DNA of 64,000 nucleotides from a candidate division WWE3 bacterium RAAC2_WWE3_1. GTDB lineage: Bacteria > Patescibacteriota > WWE3 > UBA101185 > UBA10185. The notes under the pieces are model-generated. The model was not told the origin of the DNA, made no database searches, and worked only from the letters and a program-made list of their open reading frames with translations. Both the position numbers and the translations under genes were made by a program. This document shows, piece by piece, positions 9,639 through 18,425 of the stretch. Within the stretch, counting starts at the first letter, position 1, and every line of letters starts with the position of its first letter. The stretch is from positions 379,909 to 443,908 of the forward strand of contig CP006914.1 of the NCBI GenBank assembly GCA_000503835.1, read 5' to 3'.

Positions 9639-9767
9639 GTGGGTAGACTTAGTGATTTAGGTATTTACGTATCCAAGTCTGAGGATCGGCATTAAGACTC
9701 AGATTGCCCGGCGGACTGCGAAATACCCGGTGACTGCGACGAAGGGCAGCACCCGCCCCAATCCTAA
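9639..9767 (+). pseudogene. Second precursor-like peptide with internal TAA: MGRLSDLGIYVSKSEDRH*DSDCPADCEIPGDCDEGQHPPQS
   Basis: AAAGGAG SD, GTG start; leader matches 7952..8149 without gaps (LSxLGIxVxxS, D22-C23); TAA at 9693-9695; absent from the ORF track. Confidence 0.75.
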
Positions 9768-9793
9768 CAGCCTAATAGAAAGAAGGAGCATTT

Positions 9794-10645
9794 GTGTTTG
9801 TTTTAATGCACATACGCCCCATTTCTCGATATATGTCAATAAGTCTTGGATTAATAAATAAAAATAAAAGAATAAGCGTCACCGAAATTATCGATAGCTA
9901 CGTTAATTCGCTGAACTCTGTTTTCGTTAATTCGGAGCTAGAATCTTTTGTCTACTCCAAAGAAAAAGGAGTTGTTTCATTGTTATTTGAGGGTAACGTT
10001 GAGAATTTCAATACTCAGGACGCAGGTCTACTAATCCAAACAGACAATATACTTGATAGAGAAATCACAACCATAAAAGTAGTTCATGAGAACTCATACA
10101 AATCCAGACAAAATTTATCAAATAGGCTCTCGTTTCTAAAGAGGCTAGAATGCGGTTTTGTACTCCTGGAACATACCGCACTGATAGACGATGTTTCTAA
10201 GAGACCTCCGAGAAAAACTACAAACGGCAACCTCTATTTGCCTGTTGGAGCCATTACAACGTATTTCAATCCCGATTCAACTGATTCGCGCTATGCAAAC
10301 GATAGACGTGGGGTTGATTTCCGAGAGTCAGTTGATTCTCCAGATATTATTACCACCACAGATTTGTATTATTCAAGTTTCATTGATAACAAAAATTTGG
10401 ATGGACTAACTGCTCCAGACCAATGCGGTTTGCAACACTTTACTACAGTAGTACATAATGTCGACGGTAAGCTTAATATATCATTTTTGCAGAATCAGAA
10501 TGCTAAGTTAGCCAGATACTTTTTCGAACCCGAAATTGTATTTTGCAGTAACGATTTTATCCTAAGAACATTTAGGGGTATTAGGTACCCACAGCAAGAG
10601 ATTTCCCTAAAAAATAATTTGCGAAAAGCATCTTTCGAGGTTTAA
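9794..10645 (+). CDS. Hypothetical protein
   Basis: 283-aa AT-rich ORF with AGAAGGAG SD before GTG; no motif recognised; start uncertain. Confidence 0.6.
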   Translation: MFVLMHIRPISRYMSISLGLINKNKRISVTEIIDSYVNSLNSVFVNSELESFVYSKEKGVVSLLFEGNVENFNTQDAGLLIQTDNILDREITTIKVVHENSYKSRQNLSNRLSFLKRLECGFVLLEHTALIDDVSKRPPRKTTNGNLYLPVGAITTYFNPDSTDSRYANDRRGVDFRESVDSPDIITTTDLYYSSFIDNKNLDGLTAPDQCGLQHFTTVVHNVDGKLNISFLQNQNAKLARYFFEPEIVFCSNDFILRTFRGIRYPQQEISLKNNLRKASFEV

Positions 10646-10750
10646 GTACCGGTTATACCTTCGCAAATTCCAGAATGTACATATAATCTGTATTTGTAAT
10701 AAAATAGTTGCAAACATCTTCTCGTGCAGTCGACCAGAAAAGTAAATATT

Positions 10751-11257
10751 ATGCCACGCAGAATATTCATCGGAATCAAACCCGACGACCACATAATCAG
10801 AGACATCAAATCCATGCACGAACAGCTAGCATTTCTGCCGGTGCACTGGGTTCCGCTCGAAAACCTGCACACAACCCTCATTCCTCCGTGGAAGCCGACA
10901 AACTACGAAAAAGATCTCGAAACGTTCAACTCGCTGAAAATAAAACAGCCATCGGCGCCCCTTACATTTACATCCGTTACATTTTTCAAACCAAAAAATA
11001 TGTTATGGGCAGTTGGACATAATTCTGAAACCCTATGCCCGATAATAGAAAACCTGCGTAACGCTTTTAATTTTGCTAAAGACGAAAGGGAATATTTGAT
11101 GCATATAACCCTGGCAAAACATGTTGCAGCCGAACTCAGCATTCCGGAAGTAAAAATACAGTGGCAGTTTGTCCCTACAGAACTAACTTTATTTGAGACT
11201 GTACAAACCAAAGGCGAAACACAATACAAAACCCTCTCTACTATAAGCATGACGTGA
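10751..11257 (+). CDS. thpR: RNA 2',3'-cyclic phosphodiesterase (2H phosphoesterase, LigT/ThpR)
   Basis: RIFIGI N-terminus, two HxT motifs (LHTTL, MHITL); ATG 10751. Confidence 0.85.
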   Translation: MPRRIFIGIKPDDHIIRDIKSMHEQLAFLPVHWVPLENLHTTLIPPWKPTNYEKDLETFNSLKIKQPSAPLTFTSVTFFKPKNMLWAVGHNSETLCPIIENLRNAFNFAKDEREYLMHITLAKHVAAELSIPEVKIQWQFVPTELTLFETVQTKGETQYKTLSTISMT

Positions 11258-11270
11258 TATCATTGAACTT

Positions 11271-12212
11271 ATGAAAACAGTATTAGTAACAGGCGGCGCA
11301 GGATTTTTAGGAAGTCACCTTTGCGATTACTTAATTAATAAAGGTGAAAAAGTTATTTGCGTTGATAATCTTTTTACCGGAGATAAGAAAAATATTGAGC
11401 ATCTTTTGGAAAACCCCAATTTCAGATTTATAAACCACGACATCATTGATCCGTTGTATGTAGAGGACACAATCATCGATCAAATTTATAATCTCGCCTG
11501 TCCGGCATCACCGATTCACTATCAATTTAATCCAGTCAGAACTATTAAAGCTAACACCATCGGCGTTATAAATATGCTCGGTCTCGCCAAAACCCATAAA
11601 GCGAGGATATTGCAGGCTTCAACATCGGAAATTTATGGAGACCCCCTCGAACATCCTCAAAAAGAATCCTACCGCGGCAACGTAAACACAATCGGACCCA
11701 GAGCCTGTTACGACGAAGGCAAAAGGGTAGCAGAAACGCTTTTTTTCGACTACCACAGACAACACAATCTTGAAATTAAAGTCATTAGAATATTCAACAC
11801 ATACGGACCGCGTATGGCTCAAAACGACGGCAGGGTAGTATCGAATTTTATTTTGCAGGCACTGAGAAACGAACCTATCCAAATCTACGGTGACGGAAAA
11901 CAAACAAGATCATTTTGTTTCGTATCCGATCTAATAGAAGGAATGTATAGAATGATGAACACCGATGACTTTATAGGTCCCGTAAATATCGGAAATCCCG
12001 GAGAATTTACAATGCTCGAACTCGCAGAAAAAGTTATCGAGCTAACAGGTTCGAAATCGGAAATTATTCACAAACCGCTACCAACGGATGACCCTATGAA
12101 AAGAAAACCGGATATAACGCTGGCCAAAGAAAAATTAAAATGGGAACCTAAAGTACAACTGGCCGAGGGGTTAAAACAAACGATAGATTATTTTAGATTA
12201 GCCATCGAGTAA
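11271..12212 (+). CDS. UDP-glucuronate decarboxylase-like NAD-dependent epimerase/dehydratase
   Basis: [32 protein letters not shown] and RIFNTYGP motifs. Confidence 0.93.
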   Translation: MKTVLVTGGAGFLGSHLCDYLINKGEKVICVDNLFTGDKKNIEHLLENPNFRFINHDIIDPLYVEDTIIDQIYNLACPASPIHYQFNPVRTIKANTIGVINMLGLAKTHKARILQASTSEIYGDPLEHPQKESYRGNVNTIGPRACYDEGKRVAETLFFDYHRQHNLEIKVIRIFNTYGPRMAQNDGRVVSNFILQALRNEPIQIYGDGKQTRSFCFVSDLIEGMYRMMNTDDFIGPVNIGNPGEFTMLELAEKVIELTGSKSEIIHKPLPTDDPMKRKPDITLAKEKLKWEPKVQLAEGLKQTIDYFRLAIE

Positions 12213-12284
12213 ATCTCTAATCTCCTTAGAATCAATTTTTGTACATAGCAATTTTTTTATGTTATTCTTTTTGAGAATAGAAAT

Positions 12285-13085
12285 ATGAGTAGCTATCCCA
12301 AATTTTTTACAAAAGAAGGAAGAACTTTACGCCCTTTAAATATTCCCACGGTTGATGCTTCTTTTTCCAAAGAAAGAGGTCTTGATTCCATCAGTTCCTT
12401 GGTGTCGGAGAGCACCATTTTTCCGAATCATCCGCTAACACCGCGCAAAAACATACTTGAAACTATAAACACGAAGATAGAGCGTATGACAGCGGCCTTA
12501 CCCATTCAAAAATATGCGACCATGGGATTCGCAGTAGCATTAATAACGATTACCGGTATTACAGTTCACGCAGCAGTCGTCCCCCGAAAAATTTCTTTCA
12601 CGGAAGACGACGGTTACAACATTTATTCCTCCAAACCTCTTACCTACGATTACGCAGTTTCAAAGGTTAGCACGAAAGATTCAAGGGCAGAAAAGATCGA
12701 CGGCGTCTTTAACATTTATAAATGCCCTTTAGAAGGACTAGGCGGCAAGTTTGTAGAGGAAGCCGATAAATACGGTATCCCCTGGTGGTTAACAGCTTCC
12801 GTAGCGTTCAAAGAATCCAGCTGTGGCAAGAACACACCTACGGTAGACGGCCGGGAAAGCTACAACGCATGGGGTTGGGGAGTTTACGGTGATAACGTTC
12901 GTTCTTTCGACAACTTCGCCCGTGGTATTGAGACTGTGTCCAAGTACTTTTCCGACAAATTCTATTCGCGGGGTATTGAGGATCCCTGCGAGATTATGAA
13001 AGTGTATACTCCGCCCTCGGACGGTTCCTGGTGCCGCGATGTCGTTCACTTTTCGGAGGTTTTTGACCAGTACCGAACCCTTTAA
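12285..13085 (+). CDS. Membrane-anchored lysozyme-like/glucosaminidase-like domain protein
   Basis: TM segment followed by ADKYGI..L...ESSCGK..YNAWGWG..YTPP; paralog of the next gene. Confidence 0.6.
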   Translation: MSSYPKFFTKEGRTLRPLNIPTVDASFSKERGLDSISSLVSESTIFPNHPLTPRKNILETINTKIERMTAALPIQKYATMGFAVALITITGITVHAAVVPRKISFTEDDGYNIYSSKPLTYDYAVSKVSTKDSRAEKIDGVFNIYKCPLEGLGGKFVEEADKYGIPWWLTASVAFKESSCGKNTPTVDGRESYNAWGWGVYGDNVRSFDNFARGIETVSKYFSDKFYSRGIEDPCEIMKVYTPPSDGSWCRDVVHFSEVFDQYRTL

Positions 13086-13151
13086 TCTTTTCTAAAGAAT
13101 AACCCTATAGTATTTGACGGGTGAGCTAAATATGGTAGAATTAACGTTTGT

Positions 13152-13724
13152 ATGTGGAGAAAACCTCGGTTTAAACCGACGGTCATAGTCCTTTCCGCGC
13201 TAGTTTACGCTATTGCGGTACTAGGGGGAATGATCTCCACCAAAGCTGAGGCAAATGGAAAGATTTTAGCATCTTCCGGACAGGCCGAGACAGCTTTGGT
13301 TAAAGTAACTGTCGAGTATAAAAAGGTTAATAGGGAAGAGGTGCTAACAGCCTTCTTCGAAGACTTAAAGTCCCCTCTTAAACCTAATGCAAAGAAATTT
13401 ATCGAAGTTGCTGATAAATACGGGTTAGATTATCGTTTGCTGCCGGCCATTTCATGTATGGAGTCGACCTGCGGTAAGCGTATAATTCCCGAATCATATA
13501 ACCCTTTCGGGTGGGGCATTTACGGAAATACCCATATTGCTTTTGCTTCGTTTGACGAAGCAATCGAAACGGTGGGTAAAGGATTGGCTGAAAACTATGT
13601 TTCTAGGGGATTTGATACTCCCCGTGAAATAGCGCCGATCTACACCCCTCCCAACCACGTTAACTGGCTGAATGGAGTTAATTACTTCTATAGCAGGATG
13701 GAAACGCTGGAAGGACAAATTTAA
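13152..13724 (+). CDS. Exported lysozyme-like/glucosaminidase-like domain protein
   Basis: Signal/TM followed by ADKYGLDYRLL..ESTCGK..YNPFGWG..YTPP; TTGACG-16-TAGAAT promoter upstream. Confidence 0.6.
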   Translation: MWRKPRFKPTVIVLSALVYAIAVLGGMISTKAEANGKILASSGQAETALVKVTVEYKKVNREEVLTAFFEDLKSPLKPNAKKFIEVADKYGLDYRLLPAISCMESTCGKRIIPESYNPFGWGIYGNTHIAFASFDEAIETVGKGLAENYVSRGFDTPREIAPIYTPPNHVNWLNGVNYFYSRMETLEGQI

Positions 13725-13743
13725 TAGAAAAAACCGAATAGGG

Positions 13744-13772
13744 AAGGGCGGTTTAAGTACCGCCCTTTCTTT
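13744..13772 (+). terminator. Intrinsic terminator
   Basis: AAGGGCGGT-TTAAGT-ACCGCCCTT followed by TCTTT. Confidence 0.75.
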
Positions 13773-13844
13773 ATGCTTTAATTAGGTGGTTTGGTTGGTA
13801 TAATATGGGAGCTAACTGGACTTAACTACGGGCTGGAAATATTT

Positions 13845-13878
13845 GGGCGAGTGGCGGAATGGCATACGCGCACGGCTT
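13845..13878 (+). repeat. Exact 34-bp copy of the 5' half of the downstream tRNA-Leu
   Basis: GGGCGAGTGGCGGAATGGCATACGCGCACGGCTT at 13845-13878 and 13943-13976. Confidence 0.95.
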
Positions 13879-13942
13879 TAGTTTACTAACGTAAGCCGCC
13901 CAAGGATATAGTACTGAGAAACTTTAAAACTGAATAGTTCGG

Positions 13943-14026
13943 GGGCGAGTGGCGGAATGGCATACGCGCACGGCTTAGAACCGTGTTCCGAAAGGATTGG
14001 AGGTTCGAGTCCTCTCTCGCCCACCA
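13943..14026 (+). tRNA. tRNA-Leu(TAG)
   Basis: GGGCGAG/CTCGCCC acceptor stem, CACGG-CT-TAG-AA-CCGTG anticodon arm, long variable arm, encoded CCA. Confidence 0.97.
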
Positions 14027-14099
14027 TATTTTATGTTGGTTTAACAACCCCATTTTAACAAAACCCAAAAGGGACTCGAACTTTTGATACAATTAAGTT

Positions 14100-14720
14100 A
14101 TGGCAACACCTATCACTCACATAGTACTAACAGAAAAAGTTTTTAATAATCTATTTAATAATTTTAATAAAAAAGATTTTATAATCGGGACTAGTTTTCC
14201 AGATATAAGATACCTAGGAACAATAGGTAGAGAGAAAACTCATATTAATGTAAATAACCTTGTAGATCTAAGAGACAATAATCCATTCTTTGCAGGAATG
14301 AAGTTTCACACGTTAGTAGATAAAATCAGGGAAGATTTCTTACTTTCGAGAAATATCTATTCAAAATGTCCAGAATCCAAATACATAACTAAATCTATAA
14401 AGTTTGTTGAAGATAAAATTCTCTATGATAAAGTTACTAATTGGATTAGCTACCAAAATTATTTCGATAATTTACTACAGGAAGAGCTCGAATCAGGTGC
14501 AGGGAAAGAAGCTGTTTCTCAATGGCATGGCGTACTAAAGAAATATTTTGCAAAGAAACCAAACGAAGAAAGCATTCGTACTTTTGTTGCAGAAATCAAT
14601 TTACCAGAAAACGTAGCGACAGAGATACAAAATAACGTGAATGTGATTGAAAATATTCCAGAAATTAATATGTACGTAGAAGATTTATACAACACTTTTG
14701 AAGAGTTACTTAAAAAGTAA
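14100..14720 (+). CDS. Putative metal-dependent hydrolase (zinc-dependent PLC-like motif pattern)
   Basis: N-terminal TH, GTSFPD, TH and G..FH..VD pattern; AT-rich. Confidence 0.5.
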   Translation: MATPITHIVLTEKVFNNLFNNFNKKDFIIGTSFPDIRYLGTIGREKTHINVNNLVDLRDNNPFFAGMKFHTLVDKIREDFLLSRNIYSKCPESKYITKSIKFVEDKILYDKVTNWISYQNYFDNLLQEELESGAGKEAVSQWHGVLKKYFAKKPNEESIRTFVAEINLPENVATEIQNNVNVIENIPEINMYVEDLYNTFEELLKK

Positions 14721-14821
14721 AATTAGTTCGCGCATCCTCACAAATGGTCCACCATATTTTCTGCATTGATACATCATCATATACAAAATAAAGATCGAAC
14801 TTTTTAAGCTATAATTAACAC

Positions 14822-15538
14822 ATGGTTACTAAAGGGATTACTGTACTGAAAAATATTATCGAAACTAATCCGCTATGGTATCAAGATGACCAAATAAAAT
14901 ACTTCATCAACTTATTCAATAAAAATACACTTACAAAGCGGGAAAAGTCAGATAAGAATAATTTTAAAACTTTATTGAAAGAGACTATCTTTTATATAGA
15001 TAGCAGTGGTTATAATTGGGATCAATGGCGACTGCCTATCGAGTATGCAGTAATACACCATACTTCAAGTTCACCAACAATAGGCTTGAAAGAACTAAAT
15101 GTGTTAGGACTGAGACTTTACATTCAACAGTATTTAACTGACAAAGATGTTAAAGATCAACCGCTTTATTCGGGACATTATTGGGTGGGACAACCCGAAA
15201 TTATAGAAAACATGACATTTGTTAGCTACCACTTTTTAGTAAGACCTAACGGTAAAATCATCCAGCTAACCGATACTTCTGCGTATCTATGGCATGCGGG
15301 AAATCTTGAAATAAATAGAAAATCTATAGGAATAGCGTTAGCTGGGAAATTTATAGATAAAGAACCAACTGCGGAAGCATTAATCTCAGCAGCAAGCATC
15401 ATAAAGAAATATAATATAGATGCGAATAAAGTCTTTGGTCACAAGGAGGTGATAAAGAAAGATCTACTTGGAGAGACAGAATGCCCGGGAAACTTATTTT
15501 CTGAAGGCTGGAAAAGTAAATTAATTTTCAATCTGTGA
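14822..15538 (+). CDS. N-acetylmuramoyl-L-alanine amidase (Amidase_2/PGRP-like)
   Basis: VIHHT, SYHFLV..G, WHAG..N..SIGI, GHKE and TECPG zinc-amidase motifs. Confidence 0.85.
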   Translation: MVTKGITVLKNIIETNPLWYQDDQIKYFINLFNKNTLTKREKSDKNNFKTLLKETIFYIDSSGYNWDQWRLPIEYAVIHHTSSSPTIGLKELNVLGLRLYIQQYLTDKDVKDQPLYSGHYWVGQPEIIENMTFVSYHFLVRPNGKIIQLTDTSAYLWHAGNLEINRKSIGIALAGKFIDKEPTAEALISAASIIKKYNIDANKVFGHKEVIKKDLLGETECPGNLFSEGWKSKLIFNL

Positions 15539-15621
15539 TAGCACAATAGTTCTCACTTGGTCGCTAGGAACCCACCACACATACTATCTATTCAGGTGAG
15601 TAATCCTGCCATCAAATCCGA

Positions 15622-15650
15622 TTGACACTCTGTACATAGTATTGTACATT
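15622..15650 (+). promoter_or_regulatory. Sigma70 promoter with overlapping paired TGTACA operator of the TA operon
   Basis: TTGACA(15622)-17 nt-TACATT(15645); TGTACA at 15631 and 15643. Confidence 0.8.
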
Positions 15651-15656
15651 CAAAAC

Positions 15657-15911
15657 ATGGACAAACTAATGTCGTTATCAAACGCCAGGGCATCTTTTCC
15701 CGAGATAGTCCGTAAAGTAAGCACTACTCTAAGTAGGGTAGTTATTACTGTAAACGGACAGCCAAAGGCTACACTGGTCAGCGCCGAAGAATTAGAATCT
15801 CTCGAAGAAACTGCAGAGGTTCTCTCAATTCCCGGAGCTAAAGACAGCATAATAAAAGGGTTGAAACAAGCTAAAAAGGGTACCGGAACCGCACTTTCTG
15901 ATATTGAGTAA
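15657..15911 (+). CDS. Phd/YefM-family antitoxin
   Basis: SLSNARASFPEIV..RVVITVNGQPKATLVSAEELESLEET pattern; ATG 15657. Confidence 0.92.
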   Translation: MDKLMSLSNARASFPEIVRKVSTTLSRVVITVNGQPKATLVSAEELESLEETAEVLSIPGAKDSIIKGLKQAKKGTGTALSDIE

Positions 15912-15917
15912 GACAAT

Positions 15918-16166
15918 ATGCAGGTAATTATTACCCCGACCGCATTAAAACAATATAAACACCTTCAAAAGTCCGACCAAACAAAAATTAAAAATAAAAT
16001 TCTTTTATTGGAAAAGCACCCCACGGAAGGAAAGAAACTAGCGGGAAAATTAGCTGAAGTAAGATCACTAAGAGCATGGCCCTACAGAATACTATATTAC
16101 GTGGGTAAAAAAGAAAGAAAAATATTTATCGTAACCATTGCGCACAGGCAGGGAGTGTATAAATAG
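15918..16166 (+). CDS. RelE/ParE-family toxin
   Basis: 82-aa basic protein, KKLAG..RSLR..YRILY..IAHRQGVYK; directly follows the antitoxin. Confidence 0.92.
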   Translation: MQVIITPTALKQYKHLQKSDQTKIKNKILLLEKHPTEGKKLAGKLAEVRSLRAWPYRILYYVGKKERKIFIVTIAHRQGVYK

Positions 16167-16223
16167 AGTAGGTGTTTTACGCTCACTGTTTCCTTCCCAC
16201 TAAATATCTCATACAATTAGCAT

Positions 16224-17498
16224 ATGAGATCTGCCACAAAACTTCCATCCATTTTAAAAAGCCCGGGATTGCCAAAAGCCGTCGTCAGCCCTTTCAACTC
16301 CTTCGCCATCTTAATAATGTTTATAACACTGGGTGATGCACTTATGGCGTACACAGTGCCGATATACTTAGACAGTGTCCTGCATAATACGTTTCTTATG
16401 GGATTAGTTATGGCTACGTCTTCCGCAGCCGGCCTACTGTTCGACTTTATAGTGAGCAAGAAATTCCGCACCAAAAATTACAAGTACTTTATGCACACCA
16501 CTTTTATTTTCGCCATATTATTTCCTGTGGCACTATTATTTTTCCCCCCGCACTTGGTATTTATTGTCATCGCTATGGCTCTTTGGGGAATATATTTCGA
16601 AACCAAGATATATGCCGAGTTTCATTTTATCGACCGACACGTACCTAAAGACGAGTACTCAAAATCGTGGGGACTAGTCAGCGTCCTTAATTCCTCGGCC
16701 TACTTTTTCGGATCATTAATTGCTACGTTAATAATCAGCATTTCGCTGAAATTCACATTCGCGACGGCACTTATACTATTCGGGTTGACTTACCTAATTT
16801 TTTCATTGCTGGCGATCAAAACAGAGTCTAATAAACCGGAAAACTTTGAAGAATCCTCCGGAATAACAAATTTATCTTTTAGACAGACGTTCCGGGTCTG
16901 GAGAACACTCCTAGGAAAAATTTGGCCGTTATGGACATTTAATTTTGTCATCACTTTAGTCGACGCCGCATTTTGGACCGTAGGTATAATTTTTTCCGAG
17001 CAAATGCGTGGCACCCATCCTGCAGGTGGTTTGATAATCACAGCCTACATGTTCCCACCTATTTTTATGGGATTCCTCTTGCCTAAAATAACGGCCAGAC
17101 TGGGTAAGAAAAAAACAGCTTTTATAAGCGCGCTCTTTGCTGCCACTTTTGTGCTGCTTTTTGGATTGGCTTCAAACGTCTACCTGCTTATCTTTCTGGT
17201 TTTTTCAGGGTCGGTTCTTCTTTCTATTGCAAACCCTGCCCTATACGCCGCCTACGAAGATTATGTTTCAAGACTGGGTAAATTTAATAACGACATGATA
17301 GGGCTGGAACAAACAGCGAGTAGTGTGGGTTACGTGGTCGGGCCGCTATTAGCCGGAGGGATTGCAGCAACGGCAGGTGTTCAGAATACTTTTGTTTTTA
17401 CCGGAGCGCTGCTGTTGGTAACCTCTTTGGTGTGCCTAGCCGTAGTCCCCAGAAAAATTAGAATGCCTCAGAAAGAGCTTGTCTCGGATTTGTATTAA
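16224..17498 (+). CDS. MFS transporter
   Basis: 424 aa, about 12 TM in a 6+6 arrangement, GYVVGPLLAG motif. Confidence 0.85.
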   Translation: MRSATKLPSILKSPGLPKAVVSPFNSFAILIMFITLGDALMAYTVPIYLDSVLHNTFLMGLVMATSSAAGLLFDFIVSKKFRTKNYKYFMHTTFIFAILFPVALLFFPPHLVFIVIAMALWGIYFETKIYAEFHFIDRHVPKDEYSKSWGLVSVLNSSAYFFGSLIATLIISISLKFTFATALILFGLTYLIFSLLAIKTESNKPENFEESSGITNLSFRQTFRVWRTLLGKIWPLWTFNFVITLVDAAFWTVGIIFSEQMRGTHPAGGLIITAYMFPPIFMGFLLPKITARLGKKKTAFISALFAATFVLLFGLASNVYLLIFLVFSGSVLLSIANPALYAAYEDYVSRLGKFNNDMIGLEQTASSVGYVVGPLLAGGIAATAGVQNTFVFTGALLLVTSLVCLAVVPRKIRMPQKELVSDLY

Positions 17499-17584
17499 TA
17501 TATTTGACTGAAATACTAAAAATTCGTAGAATTCCATTGCACATTGATAACCTATAGAACACACATGAGAACACGGAGGACGAA

Positions 17585-18340
17585 ATGGATAACAAACCCG
17601 CAAAGCGCACCTCGACAACGGTTATTACCACTGGCAAAGGACAGAACAAGTCAATCGTTGCAAGTAAGCCGGTAATTACCAGTCAAACTGCTAAAATCGC
17701 CGGCGGTAACCAGGTAGACATTGTCTTTGTCTTTGACACCACTGGATCTATGGATGACGAAATTGACGGGCTGCTCTCGACCTGTACCCAATTCGTGAGC
17801 GAAACCCAAAGTATGGGATTGGACGCAAATTTTGAGCTTATCTCGTTTGGTGACATTTCGGTACCCGGAGGCGGCGACAAGATTGAAGTGGTAACCCCTC
17901 TTACGGGAGAAATTGAACGCATCAAATTCGGGTTAAGCCACATCCCGCGAAACAACGGGTTCGGCAATGTCGGGGAAACTTGTCTAGAAGCAATTCAAGA
18001 AGCCTTCAGGACACAATACCGACCAAAATCGGTAAAGGTGTTGATTTTGATTACCGACGAACCGGCCATCACCGAACGTTTCACTCCTGAACAAATCATC
18101 AGGGAACTCAAGCATCGGGAGTATCTGACTTTCGTTATAGCCATCGACACTCCGTACTACAGAGACATGGCCTTGAATAACGGAGGTATTTGGAAACAAA
18201 TAAGCTCCGACACCGACCTTTCCGAGATACTCAGGATATTCAACGAGATAGCAAAGAAGGTCTCCGTGGTAACAAAGCAAGTTCACCTTCTTGGAGGAAG
18301 TGTGAGCAAATACCTGGCACTCAATCCGCCAAAGCGCTGA
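17585..18340 (+). CDS. von Willebrand factor A domain protein
   Basis: MIDAS motif DIVFVFDTTGSM, ILITDEP; GGAGG SD. Confidence 0.88.
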   Translation: MDNKPAKRTSTTVITTGKGQNKSIVASKPVITSQTAKIAGGNQVDIVFVFDTTGSMDDEIDGLLSTCTQFVSETQSMGLDANFELISFGDISVPGGGDKIEVVTPLTGEIERIKFGLSHIPRNNGFGNVGETCLEAIQEAFRTQYRPKSVKVLILITDEPAITERFTPEQIIRELKHREYLTFVIAIDTPYYRDMALNNGGIWKQISSDTDLSEILRIFNEIAKKVSVVTKQVHLLGGSVSKYLALNPPKR

Positions 18341-18347
18341 TTAAAAG

Positions 18348-18376
18348 GGGAGTGGGATTTTGAAACTCCCACTCTC
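18348..18376 (+). terminator. Intergenic hairpin (terminator or processing site)
   Basis: GAGTGGGA/TCCCACTC stem; no clear U-tract. Confidence 0.45.
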
Positions 18377-18425
18377 AAATTCATGACTCGATTATTTTCA
18401 TGGCCGTATTCCTTAGGAGGAGAAC

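Noticed and set aside
9693-9695. Stop-codon recoding or readthrough of the internal TAA
   Set aside because: TAA is the ordinary stop of many core genes here, and Sec/Pyl use TGA/TAG. A point mutation or sequencing error is simpler.
13845-14082. CRISPR array
   Set aside because: Only two copies of a tRNA-derived repeat are present; no regular repeat-spacer series and no cas genes were seen in the window.
14100-16166. Prophage (amidase plus TA pair next to a tRNA)
   Set aside because: No integrase, terminase, capsid, tail or holin genes were recognised.
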